NCBI GenBank assembly: GCA_963675665.1
Contig: OY776510.1
Coordinates: 3,488,001 to 3,552,000, forward strand
DNA length: 64,000 bases
Direction: 5' to 3'
From: Spirochaetia bacterium
GTDB lineage: Bacteria; Spirochaetota; Spirochaetia; UBA9216
This document shows positions 32,213 through 41,246 of this stretch, in pieces. Position 1 is the first letter of the stretch; the number at the start of each line of letters is the position of its first letter. A program made the translations under genes and the position numbers. Below the pieces are notes generated by a model, which was given only the letters and a program-made list of their open reading frames with translations, was not told the DNA's origin and made no database searches.

Positions 32213-32514
32213 TGAAAATACTTTTTACAATCTATTTTTGGATTTATTATACCGGTTTAAATATCAATAAAACCTTAGGAATACCAAAAAGACTATCAAG
32301 CTCTTATACTGGTGCAGGTCTTCTTACAGGATTATCTGTATTCATACCTATTTTTGTTTTGTTGGATTATTTCTTACCAATTAAATTAAGTAAATTACCT
32401 ATTTATTTTTGCATACTAATAATTATTATTATATTCGAAAAGATTTTAAAAAAGGTAAGTATAAATAAAAGTGGTGTCGAAGTAAAAGAAAAGATTGAAG
32501 ATTTAATAAATTAG
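32212..32514 (+). CDS. Cassette 6: small membrane protein, putative immunity protein
   Basis: TAATG overlap with the Rhs gene; hydrophobic segments. Confidence 0.55.
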   Translation: MKILFTIYFWIYYTGLNINKTLGIPKRLSSSYTGAGLLTGLSVFIPIFVLLDYFLPIKLSKLPIYFCILIIIIIFEKILKKVSINKSGVEVKEKIEDLIN

Positions 32515-32760
32515 ATCGTTTTTTAGTGTTTATAGATTTTATTTCTTTCATAATTATTTTTTCATGGATATTTCTAAGTTTTTATTTATGGCATTTTATA
32601 ATAATAAATTCTATTTGAAAACAAAATAGATTACCTTCCGCCGGAATAGGGCGTTGGAGTAGTCCCGGTGAAACCGGGCTACTCAACTATCCATTCCGGC
32701 TTCCAAGATAAATAGGGTGGAATTAAAGGTTGTATGATAAAATGTTAATAAAAGAACGTC

Positions 32761-32901
32761 GCATAACAACGGTTAAGCGGCTCCGGCCAGTCGGCCTGCG
32801 CCCAAATTGCCAGGAAGGGATTAGATAAACTTGAGGCAGTTAATAAGTAAGAGTTTATGTTCAGCTTTCCTGTCAACTTCGCTTAACCCGGAACGTTATC
32901 T
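32761..32901 (+). repeat. attC-like site 6 (141 bp)
   Basis: GCATAAC-aac-GGTTAAGCG ... CGCTTAACC-cggaac-GTTATCT. Confidence 0.85.
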
Positions 32902-32967
32902 GAAAGTTTTGGTTTTTGGTGATTCTATATAGAATAGTCATTCATGGCTATTCTTGTAAGATTTATC

Positions 32968-32996
32968 TTGACTAAGGTTAGCATGTAGGCTAACAT
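32968..32996 (+). promoter_or_regulatory. TA promoter with overlapping palindromic operator
   Basis: TTGACT-17bp-TAACAT; GTTAGC-N6-GCTAAC palindrome. Confidence 0.7.
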
Positions 32997-33002
32997 GAGA
33001 GT

Positions 33003-33365
33003 ATGAGTCGAAAAGTGATTTTCTATACAACAGATACAGGAAAATGCCTTGTAGAAGAATTTCTCAATAATCTTGAGGTAAAAGTTGTTAAGAAGATTGT
33101 TTGGACGTTGAAAATAATTGAGGAGATGGATTTAGTTCCAAAGACATATTTCAAGAAGTTGTAATCTACTGATGGAATATGGGAGGTCAGAATTAAAGTT
33201 GGAACAAATATATACCGGATCTTTAGTTTTTGGGATAAGAATAATTTGATTGTTTTAACCCATGGGATGATTAAGAAGTCTCAGAAAACACCAAAAAATG
33301 AGATCAAAATAGCAGAAAGTTATAAGAAGGAATATTTCAGGAGGAAAGAAAATGAACCTCAATGA
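33003..33365 (+). pseudogene. Cassette 7: RelE/HigB (Gp49-like) toxin with premature stop
   Basis: MSRKVIFY...YFKKL*STDGIWEVRI..YRIF..LTHGMIKKSQKTP; in-frame TAA at 33162. Confidence 0.88.
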
Positions 33366-33624
33366 TTATGTAGATAAAAGAATAAAGAATGAAGGAATCT
33401 CAAAAGAAGAGTTTTGGGATGGCTATGAAGATTATAAGATAGGGATATTCTTAAAAGAGGCAAGAGAAAAAAGTGGGTTAACGCAGGAAGAGTTAGCAAA
33501 TCGAATCAATACAACTAAAAGTGTAATCTCAAGGATGGAGAATCATTCTGAAGATATAAAATTATCAACTATTGAAAAAGTAGCAAAAGCCTTAGGAAAG
33601 AAGGTTAAAATCGCAATCGTTTGA
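33352..33624 (+). CDS. Cassette 7: HigA-like XRE antitoxin
   Basis: REKSGLTQEELA...KSVISRMEN...LSTIEKVAKALG. Confidence 0.9.
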   Translation: MNLNDYVDKRIKNEGISKEEFWDGYEDYKIGIFLKEAREKSGLTQEELANRINTTKSVISRMENHSEDIKLSTIEKVAKALGKKVKIAIV

Positions 33625-33684
33625 TTCTACACTAAAGCCCAAAAGACATCCTTGTCTTTTGGGGATCAAATCACCAAAACCTTC

Positions 33685-33779
33685 AGATAACAGGGGCTAT
33701 GTGCTTCGTCGCTATACGCTCCTCGGGCTACGCCACATACGGCTATCGCCGTACGTCACATAACCCCGGGACGTTAGAT
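33685..33779 (+). repeat. attC-like site 7 (95 bp)
   Basis: AGATAAC-a-GGGGCTATGTG ... CACATAACCCC-gggac-GTTAGAT. Confidence 0.9.
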
Positions 33780-33912
33780 GCAATGAGCCCGACAAGAGGA
33801 AGACGCCCGGACCTCCGGCCGACGGGCTAAGAGGTAAATATATGGAATATGAAAAATTATTTTTTGATAAATTAAGTCAAAGCTACAATAATTCTTCCTA
33901 TTAGGAGAGCGA

Positions 33913-34632
33913 ATGTGGTATGAGAAGACCTATATAAATGGTTCTATGAAGTGGATTAAAATATTTAATGATGAAAATCAAGGACTCAAAGTTGAGGATT
34001 GGGAATTAGATCGCGCCTGGGAGGCTGTAATAAAAGAAGATCCTGATTATATAACAATTGAATTGATGTATGATCAAGAATTTGCTTTCAGTTCTGCATT
34101 TTTCTTTCGTGCAAATATAAAGAATCCAAAACTTCAAACATTTTTTTGTCCAAAGTGTTTTAAATATTTAGATACTCATGAAGAAATGTTTTTTTTCAAT
34201 AATCCAATATTAAGGACAAATAAAATAATAAAATCAAAATTTGAAAATGTTAATTTTAAAAATAAGGCATCTGCCGAAATTCAAGCTTATATACTCAATG
34301 AAAATACTTTTAAAAATTGTGGATTATGGGGTATGCACGGTTGTACTTTGTTGTCTTATTTTATTGAAGAAGAGCATTATGATGTGATTTTTCAAAGTAA
34401 TAATGAAGGATTTGTATATCTATGGAAATATAAAGGAATTCCACAAAGATTTAAATTAGAATTAAATGAAAAGGAAAGCAGATTTGATGTAATAGATAAA
34501 AATGAGATTGTTTACTCTGAAAGCCTTGAACGTTTTTTCACAGCTAAAGGGTTTTATAATAGATATTATGAGATAGTAAGCTATTTAAATAATTTTAAAA
34601 AATTAAATTTAGAGGATAAGAACGATATATAA
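33913..34632 (+). CDS. Cassette 8: hypothetical protein (true start may be 33842, frameshifted)
   Basis: 239-aa ORF between two sites; an out-of-frame ATG with GAGGT RBS lies at 33842. Confidence 0.65.
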   Translation: MWYEKTYINGSMKWIKIFNDENQGLKVEDWELDRAWEAVIKEDPDYITIELMYDQEFAFSSAFFFRANIKNPKLQTFFCPKCFKYLDTHEEMFFFNNPILRTNKIIKSKFENVNFKNKASAEIQAYILNENTFKNCGLWGMHGCTLLSYFIEEEHYDVIFQSNNEGFVYLWKYKGIPQRFKLELNEKESRFDVIDKNEIVYSESLERFFTAKGFYNRYYEIVSYLNNFKKLNLEDKNDI

Positions 34633-34715
34633 GAACCGAAGTTTTGGTATTTTTTAAGATCAATGAAGAATCCAGACCTAACTCCGTTGAACGGTCTGGA
34701 TGTTGGGCTCAAAGC

Positions 34716-35016
34716 ACATAACAAGGGAATATAAGCAGCGCCCGTACGGGCTTGGCCTTCGGCACATTTTTATTTTTCTGAAGTGAGTGAAGATTATCGG
34801 AATTTAACAAGTCAAATGCAGTTGTCGCCGTCTATTGTCACGGTTTTAGCAGAGACGTTTCGCGCTGATCGCGCTACACTCTAAAACCGCGCCAATTCCT
34901 TTCGCTTCGCTCCAGGATCGAGGGCGCAACTGATTTAGTCGTTAAATGCACGGGATTTTTCAGTTTCGGGAAAATGATGGGTGTGATAGAATCAATGAGA
35001 AAAATAAAAACGTCTT
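34716..35016 (+). repeat. attC-like site 8 (giant type), truncated by IS3
   Basis: Homologous to 31035-31342; ends at AAAAACGTCTT where the IS begins; inner site at 34802-34947. Confidence 0.82.
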
Positions 35017-35046
35017 TGAACCGCCCCGGGAATCCCGGAGACTGTT

Positions 35047-35955
35047 TTAGTTGAGTCCGACAACTCTGGCCGAATCTCTAACACTTTCATAATACATCAT
35101 CTCAAACTCTTTTGGGGGAATATTTCCAATCGGTTCAAGAATTCTTCGGTTGTTAAACCAGTCCACCCATTTCAGAGTTTCATATTCTACTTCATCTATA
35201 GATTTCCAGGGACCTTTTCTCCAGATCACCTCCGCTTTATATAAACCGTTTATTGTTTCCGCCATTGCATTATCATATGAATCTCCAACACTTCCGACAG
35301 AAGGTTCAATGCCTTCTTCAGCCAATCTCTCAGAATATTTGATAGACAGGTACTGGCTGCCGCGGTCGCTGTGATGAATCAATTTATCTTCCGGCGCTCG
35401 AGCAAAGATTGCCTGCTCCAAAGCATCCAGAGTTAGTTCGGCACTCATTGATCGCGATACGCGCCAACCGACGATCATCCGTGAAAACACATCTGTTACA
35501 AAGGCTACATATACAAATCCTCGCCAGGTTGCCACGTAGGTGAAATCTGCAATCCATAACTCGTTCGGCCGGGTAGATTTGAATTCCCGATTTACTAAAT
35601 CCAACGGCCTGTCTGTTTTCTTATCAGGAATCGTCGTTTTAATACCCTTGCCGCGAATAACTCCTCTAAGACCAAGATCCTTCATGAGTCGAGCTACAGT
35701 GCATCTTGCGACATTAAAACCCTCACGCTTCAGTTGTCTCCAGACTTTTCGGACTCCGTAAACTTTGTAGTTATCATCCCAGACACGCTTAACTTCCGAC
35801 TTCAATTTTTTATCAGAGTGATAGCGTGCAGGAGCCTTACTTGGATCTTTTTCTCTGGATTTCATTTCGTAATAAAAAGACGGAGCAATCGGTATTACTT
35901 TACAGATTGACTCGACTCCATAATCTTCTCTATTTTTATCAATGAAATTAATCAT
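35047..35955 (-). CDS. IS3 OrfB transposase (DDE)
   Basis: [37 protein letters not shown]. Confidence 0.95.
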   Translation of the reverse strand: MINFIDKNREDYGVESICKVIPIAPSFYYEMKSREKDPSKAPARYHSDKKLKSEVKRVWDDNYKVYGVRKVWRQLKREGFNVARCTVARLMKDLGLRGVIRGKGIKTTIPDKKTDRPLDLVNREFKSTRPNELWIADFTYVATWRGFVYVAFVTDVFSRMIVGWRVSRSMSAELTLDALEQAIFARAPEDKLIHHSDRGSQYLSIKYSERLAEEGIEPSVGSVGDSYDNAMAETINGLYKAEVIWRKGPWKSIDEVEYETLKWVDWFNNRRILEPIGNIPPKEFEMMYYESVRDSARVVGLN

Positions 35956-36275
35956 TTCCTCTGTGGGCGGTCGAGCTCCGCCTGTGCGAAATATGCTGAA
36001 GCCTTTCTGAGTATCTCGTTAGCTTTTCTTAATTCCCTGACTTCTCGCTCCAGTTCTTTAATTCTGGTTTTCTCATCAATAGTCAGACCTTCTCGCTTTT
36101 CTGAATCCATTTCCGCTTGACGAACCCATCGGCGCAATGTTTCCGGGGTGCAGCCAATCTTGTTTGCTATTGATTCTATGGCTCCCCATTGGGAGCCGTG
36201 CTATTCAGTAGTCTCAAATACCAACCGTACTGAACGTTCTTTTACTTCTTTTGAATACCGGGTTCTTTTGTCCAT
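35952..36275 (-). pseudogene. IS3 OrfA with premature TAG
   Basis: [48 protein letters not shown]; stop at 36201-36203. Confidence 0.85.
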
Positions 36276-36325
36276 AACATAATCCTCTCATATAATTATG
36301 TCTCTGGTAAACCCGGGGCGGTTCA

Positions 36326-36654
36326 ACCATCAGAACAGGAATATGATGGAGATTTTGTAGAGTTTGCGTATCCGATAAATTACAGGAAGCGGTTCGTAAA
36401 TAATCGAGGCTTTATCAGTTTTAATGGAACACGCTATTTTGTCGGGAATCCATTTGGAGGATACAATATAGGAGTTCAGCAGAATGAAGAAGGGCAACTA
36501 AATGTCTGGTTTGGAGACTCTCTTCTTGGATATTTTAACCAGGAAAGTTTGTTGCTGGTGCCTGAAAAGCAGTATACACTAATGAAAAGAAAAAGGAGAA
36601 AAGTGTTACCGATGTCGTGACACAAATCCGTTACCTATGTCGTGAAACCGGACC
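36326..36654 (+). mobile_element. IS481-family remnant (3' end of transposase and right end)
   Basis: Frame ending ..NVWFG...RKVLPMS* followed by tandem GTTACC.ATGTCGTGA repeats typical of IS481 ends. Confidence 0.7.
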
Positions 36655-36693
36655 CCGCTGTCGCCTTCCATGGCTCATTAGAAAGAATTAAGA

Positions 36694-36722
36694 TTGATAA
36701 AACTTAAAAGGTGTTGTACAAT
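36694..36722 (+). promoter_or_regulatory. TA promoter
   Basis: TTGATA-17bp-TACAAT overlapping TGTACA/TGTACG motifs; ATG 7 nt downstream. Confidence 0.6.
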
Positions 36723-36728
36723 GTACGT

Positions 36729-37121
36729 ATGAGTATATTGGTAGATGCAAACATATATTTAGCAGTAATTCTCGATGAGCCGGAAAAAAGCAAAATAATA
36801 GAATTAACTCAGGAAGATGATCTGATATCACCGGTTGTTTTACCTTTCGAAGTGGGAAACGCACTATCTGCAATGTATAAAAGAAATAGGTTAGATAAAA
36901 GTCAAATAATTGATTGTTATTCAATATTTCAGAAAATACCAGTGCGTTTGATTGATGTTAATATTCAAAACTCATTAGTAATAGCAGCAGATTATGGAAT
37001 ATATGCTTACGATGCATATTATTTGGAGATAGCAAAACGATACAAATGCAGTTTGTTGAGTTTGGATAATAGAATGAAAGAAGTGGCTAAAGATTTAGGA
37101 GTCCACTTATTGGAGGTCTGA
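36729..37121 (+). CDS. Cassette 9: VapC PIN-domain toxin
   Basis: ILVDANI, FEVGNAL, YAYDAYYL, LLSLD. Confidence 0.92.
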   Translation: MSILVDANIYLAVILDEPEKSKIIELTQEDDLISPVVLPFEVGNALSAMYKRNRLDKSQIIDCYSIFQKIPVRLIDVNIQNSLVIAADYGIYAYDAYYLEIAKRYKCSLLSLDNRMKEVAKDLGVHLLEV

Positions 37122-37346
37122 ATGAGAGTTTTTAATTATTCAGAAGCTAGGCAGAATTTTGCTTCAATATTGAATATGGCAGCAGAAGAAGATGTCATAA
37201 TAGCAAAGAAAGATGGAAGCAGATTTAAGATTGTACCGCTTACTAAAAATGAAAGTAAATCCCCATTTGACGTTCCAGGAATTAAAAGTAAAGTTACAAC
37301 CAAAGAAATCCTTGATGTTATTAGAGAAACTCGAGAGTTATCGTAG
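37122..37346 (+). CDS. Cassette 9: Phd/YefM-like antitoxin
   Basis: YSEARQNFASIL...VII.KKDG. Confidence 0.88.
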   Translation: MRVFNYSEARQNFASILNMAAEEDVIIAKKDGSRFKIVPLTKNESKSPFDVPGIKSKVTTKEILDVIRETRELS

Positions 37347-37367
37347 AGAAGAAAGCCGTAATACTTC

Positions 37368-37462
37368 AGATAACAGGGGCTATGTGCTTCGTCGCTATGC
37401 GCTCCTCGGGCTGCGCCACATACGGCATTCGCCGTACGTCGTATATCCGCGGAACGTTAGAC
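37368..37462 (+). repeat. attC-like site 9 (95 bp, arms mismatched)
   Basis: AGATAAC-a-GGGGCTATGTG ... CGTATATCCGC-ggaac-GTTAGAC; body like site 7. Confidence 0.82.
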
Positions 37463-37496
37463 GAAAGATATAAAGGTCGACGGGCTTGAATGAGAT

Positions 37497-38306
37497 ATGA
37501 ATATTGAAAAGGTTTTAAGGAATTATATAAAAATAGAGAATAGAGTTATCCATTCGGGTGAACAGTTTGTTATAATTACATTATGTTTAATACTGGTATT
37601 TTCATGTAACAAAAAGATAGAAAGCAGAAATAATGAATTATTAAAAGTATTGTTTATAGGAAATAGCTACACATTCAATAATAACCTTCCCGATCAAGTT
37701 AAAAAAAATATTTACTGATCAAAACAAGGCTATTTCTATTGAGATAAAATCATTTACTCCCGGTGGAGCAAGACTCCAAGATCATCTAAATTCTATTTTC
37801 ACTTTGGATACAATAAGAAATGGAAATTGGGATATAATAATTATACAAGGGCATAGCTTGGGCCTCTAAATAATCCTATTGGTTTTAAGGATGCTGCTTT
37901 AACTCTCATAAAAATCGCTAAAGATAGTGGTGCTGAAGTCTATTTATTTGAAACATGGTCTCGTGCTTTGGGTGAACCAGAGTACAGTGAAGAATGGTCA
38001 GGGCGAAATCATGCTGCAATGCAGAAACTCATCAGCAAAAAATATACTGATATTGCAATAGTCACTGATGCAATAGTTATTCCGATAGGGAGAATATGGC
38101 AAAGACTAAGGATAGAGATCCCAAAAATTGAATTATATTCAACAGACGGTTCTCATCCTACACCCTGTGGAAGTTATTTGGCGGCTTGTGTTATTTATAA
38201 ATATCTGTTCGATGAAGATCCTACTGACATTAAATACTATCCAAATGGAATAAAGAAATCTGATGCTAAGAAATTACGGGCTGCTGCTGAAAATATTATT
38301 CTTTAA
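37497..38306 (+). pseudogene. Cassette 10: SGNH-hydrolase-like protein, frameshifted
   Basis: VLFIGNSYT, WDIIIIQ, LFETWSR and DGSHPT..GSYLAA spread over different frames. Confidence 0.8.
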
Positions 38307-38559
38307 CGAAAAAGAAATAAGTTTGGAGAATATTATGACCGAGATACTATATACGATTAATATTTAATTTCCTTAGAGATGGAAAAAACTTATTGTCCAG
38401 GCATGTGAAAAAAATATGAAGATGAAAATGATTCATTGTAGCTGGTTGAAGAGTGATGGTTTTAAGCAGATAGTCAGTTATAAAAAGGGGTGCTATAATA
38501 ATCAAAGAAACCAGACCTTGACATCGCCGTGCGGTCTGTTTGAAGAGCCAAAACTCTTG

Positions 38560-38636
38560 CTATAACAGGGGCTATGTGCTCAGCCCATTCGGCCTTCGGG
38601 CTGCGCCGAACGTCGTGTAACCCTGGAACGATAGGA
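38560..38636 (+). repeat. attC-like site 10 (chimeric; right core has lost TT)
   Basis: Left arm of site-7 type, right arm of site-3 type; ends GGAACG-ATAGGAA instead of GTTATAGGAA. Confidence 0.78.
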
Positions 38637-38660
38637 ACTAGTTTTTAAGAGATTATTACG

Positions 38661-39155
38661 ATGAAAGAGAAGTACCAAATCCAAATAGCCGATAAGAATG
38701 ACCAAGAATTTCTTTATGAGATGCTTTACCAATCAATTTATGTAGAGCCAGATTCACCGAAACCTGATAGACAAATAATTGATATTCCAGAAATATCAAA
38801 ATATGTCGCAAACTGGGGAAAGCAAGGAGATTACGCTTTAATTGCTTTAGATGAAAATGGAACTAAAATAGGTGCAGTTTGGCTCCGATACTTTGATGTA
38901 AATAACAAGGGATATGGATTCATTAACGATCAGATACCTGAGATAGGTATCGCTGTAGAAGAAAAGAGCCGTGGGAATGGTATTGGGTCATTCTTATTAA
39001 ATGAAATATTGAAAAGAACGAAAAATGAAATAGAATCAATTTCATTAAGTGTTCAACCGAATAATCCAGCAATGGATTTATATTCTCGATTCGGTTTCTA
39101 TGAATGTGGAAAAGAAGGGGACTCTGTAATAATGAGATATGATAACGAGGCATGA
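38661..39155 (+). CDS. Cassette 11: GNAT acetyltransferase
   Basis: GAVWLR, GYGF..PEIGIAV, RGNGIG, SLSVQPNNPAMDLY.RFGF. Confidence 0.92.
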   Translation: MKEKYQIQIADKNDQEFLYEMLYQSIYVEPDSPKPDRQIIDIPEISKYVANWGKQGDYALIALDENGTKIGAVWLRYFDVNNKGYGFINDQIPEIGIAVEEKSRGNGIGSFLLNEILKRTKNEIESISLSVQPNNPAMDLYSRFGFYECGKEGDSVIMRYDNEA

Positions 39156-39165
39156 AAACTACTTC

Positions 39166-39281
39166 CTATAACAGTGAGTATATGCTACGTTCGGCTATCG
39201 CGCCTCACTTGGGCTGCGCCACATTTTTTCTTTTTCCTGCTCCGCTTCGCCCGCTTATCGGGAAAAGAAAAAACGTTATAT
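39166..39281 (+). repeat. attC-like site 11 (right inner arm deleted)
   Basis: CTATAAC ... GGGCTGCGCCACA TTTTTTCTTTT/AAAAGAAAAAA c GTTATAT; no partner for the left arm. Confidence 0.72.
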
Positions 39282-39302
39282 GCAATGCATAACGAGAAAG
39301 AA

Positions 39303-39800
39303 ATGATTGTATTAGAAAAATTTGAAAAAGATAACATTCCCCAATTACTATCTTGGCTTGAAGACACGGATGCAAAATTCCTTTTACAGTTTGCTGGACC
39401 CATATATTTATTCCCATTGAATGAAAAACAACTCATGGAAACTTTGGATTCAAAAGATTATTTATTGCTTCGGGCAATCGATACCAAAGCCGGGAATATA
39501 ATCGGTCATTGCCAATTTATGAGAGTTGATAAAAATAAACAACAAGCATCCATTGGTAGAATCCTTATTAATCCTAATTTCAGAGGGAAAGGATTTGGAG
39601 TACAACTCATAAATGAAATGAAAATCTTTGCCAAAGATAAATTAAATCTATTGAAGATTGATTTACGTGTTTTTGATTTCAACACTGCAGCTTTACATTG
39701 TTATTCTAAAGCTGGGTTTGTTAAAACCTCTGTACATGAAAACCATATTCCTGAGTTCAATGAAACTTGGAAAATTATTACAATGGAATGTTCTCTCTGA
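39303..39800 (+). CDS. Cassette 12: GNAT (RimJ-like) acetyltransferase
   Basis: RILINPNFRGKGFG, LRVFDFNTAALHCY.KAGF; real start MIVLEKF. Confidence 0.9.
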   Translation: MIVLEKFEKDNIPQLLSWLEDTDAKFLLQFAGPIYLFPLNEKQLMETLDSKDYLLLRAIDTKAGNIIGHCQFMRVDKNKQQASIGRILINPNFRGKGFGVQLINEMKIFAKDKLNLLKIDLRVFDFNTAALHCYSKAGFVKTSVHENHIPEFNETWKIITMECSL

Positions 39801-39824
39801 CCCTCTATTCTCGTTGGTCAATGA

Positions 39825-39971
39825 ATCTAACAAGCGAATATGCGGTTCCGATTCGCTCCACTCAAATTGCTTCTTTGATAATCTCTGATAAAAGTATGCT
39901 ATACTTTTCCCAGATATTATTAAGCTCTCAAGTGGCCGAAGCACCTTCGCATATTCCGCAGAACGTTATAT
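39825..39971 (+). repeat. attC-like site 12 (147 bp)
   Basis: ATCTAAC-aa-GCGAATATGCG ... CGCATATTCCGC-agaac-GTTATAT. Confidence 0.85.
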
Positions 39972-40080
39972 GACATATTCTTGAGATGGATATAATATAC
40001 AGAAAATAAAAGAGGAGTACTTAATGTCTACAATATTATTTGATTTCTTTAGATAAACATAAAAATATAAGGAGTCAATA

Positions 40081-40827
40081 TTGTCGTATTTTAATTTTCA
40101 AGGAAAGAAAATATTTTATTCAGTTAAAGGAGAAGGTCCTCTTCTGATAGTTTTACCAGGTAACACAGCTACATCTGCTGCACATGAGCATGAGTTAAAT
40201 TATTTTTCAGATAAGTATTGCACTGTTTCCCTAGATTTTCTGGGAACTGGAAAATCAGACAGAATGAAGCAATGGGATAGCGGTTGGTGGGAAGCCTGTA
40301 GTAACCAAGTTAAAGCATTAGTTGAGCATCTTAATTATAAAGAGGCGATTCTTCTTGGCATAAGTGGCGGTGCTATTATAGCAATTTCTGCCGCTATAAA
40401 TCATTCTGAATATGTTAAAGCAGTTGTTGCAGATAGCTTTTCATTGCATTTTACGGAAGAAATGTATAAAAACAATGTCTTAAATGAAAGATCTAATTTA
40501 TCTGAAGAACAACAAATGTTCTGGTCATCAATGCATGGTTCAGATTGGAAAGATGTTATAACTGCTGATACAGAAATGATTGGAATGGTTGTTAAGGAAG
40601 GAGGATCTTGTATCAAGAGCCAACCAGAAAAGATAAAATGTCCTGTTTTGCTGACATATTCAGAAGAAGATAGTTTTCTTCCAAATGTAAAAGAAATTGC
40701 TGCAGATTTAGAAAAGAAGATTAGCAATTGTGAGATTAAAATATTTTCAAATGGAGATCATCCTCTAATTTGGACAAATCCTACGGATTTTTTTCAATCC
40801 GTTGATAGATTTCTATTAAAAATATAA
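40081..40827 (+). CDS. Cassette 13: alpha/beta hydrolase
   Basis: LDFLGTGKS, GISGG nucleophile elbow, ED, GDH. Confidence 0.9.
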   Translation: MSYFNFQGKKIFYSVKGEGPLLIVLPGNTATSAAHEHELNYFSDKYCTVSLDFLGTGKSDRMKQWDSGWWEACSNQVKALVEHLNYKEAILLGISGGAIIAISAAINHSEYVKAVVADSFSLHFTEEMYKNNVLNERSNLSEEQQMFWSSMHGSDWKDVITADTEMIGMVVKEGGSCIKSQPEKIKCPVLLTYSEEDSFLPNVKEIAADLEKKISNCEIKIFSNGDHPLIWTNPTDFFQSVDRFLLKI

Positions 40828-40879
40828 AGAAAATTTGTGGGCTATTTCGATGGCCCGCATTCAATAACAAGAATAAGTC

Positions 40880-41051
40880 ACATAACAGCGTGGATCAAGG
40901 GCCTTGCCGTCCCTGGCAAGGATAAAGAAAAGTCGACAAAACGCACACATTGTAATAATTTACTATTATGAAGCTTTTTGATTGGGATGAAAAGAAGAAT
41001 TCAGAATTAAGAAAAACGCGTGATATAAACGGAAGATTGGTTGAATCAAGC
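40880..41051 (+). pseudogene. Truncated site 13 fused to a remnant BrnT-like toxin cassette
   Basis: ACATAAC at 40880 without right half; ATG 40968 gives MKLFDWDEKKNSELRKTRDI, then deleted. Confidence 0.62.
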
Positions 41052-41145
41052 AGATAACAGGGGCTATTTGCATCGTCGCTATGCGCTCCTCGGGCTGTGC
41101 CACATACGGTTGCGCCGTACGTCACATAACCTCGGAACGTTATGC
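41052..41145 (+). repeat. attC-like site 14 (94 bp)
   Basis: AGATAAC-a-GGGGCTATTTG ... CACATAACCTC-ggaac-GTTATGC; site-7 family. Confidence 0.87.
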
Positions 41146-41197
41146 GAAATCTCGAACCTAAAAAAAGAAGATGCTTGCCATCCTTTGCAAGCAAAGA

Positions 41198-41230
41198 TTG
41201 ACGGAGTGTAGTAATTACTATATAATTACT
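41198..41230 (+). promoter_or_regulatory. mazEF promoter/operator
   Basis: TTGACG-17bp-TATAAT with AGTAATTA...TAATTACT palindrome. Confidence 0.8.
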
Positions 41231-41246
41231 TTAGTTGAGGTATAAT

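Larger units (their letters stand above)
35017..36325 (-). mobile_element. IS3-family element (IS51/IS629-like), 1309 bp
   Basis: Terminal IRs TGAACCGCCCCGGG; orfA/orfB; no flanking direct repeat. Confidence 0.95.

Noticed and set aside
27800-34722. Reciprocal core mismatches (cassette 3 starts GTTATGT and ends ATCTAAC; cassette 8 starts GTTAGAT and ends ACATAAC)
   Set aside because: Only two bases in two cassettes are involved; cannot be distinguished from chance.
36201-36203. In-frame TAG in IS3 orfA as pyrrolysine, with the radical SAM gene at 16428 as pylB
   Set aside because: No pyl genes are present, the enzyme looks HydE-like, and a nonsense mutation in a decaying IS is simpler.
28910-41145. 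Repeated ~92-95 bp elements as a CRISPR array
   Set aside because: The repeats are too long, are separated by whole genes, and no cas genes are present.
24679-41194. Track ORFs running through the GC-rich sites (24679..24864, 27645..27905, 29810..30028, 31252..31620, 37213..37473, 40895..41194, and the 5' extension of 39174..39800)
   Set aside because: They are open frames across palindromic recombination sites, with no convincing RBS or protein motifs.
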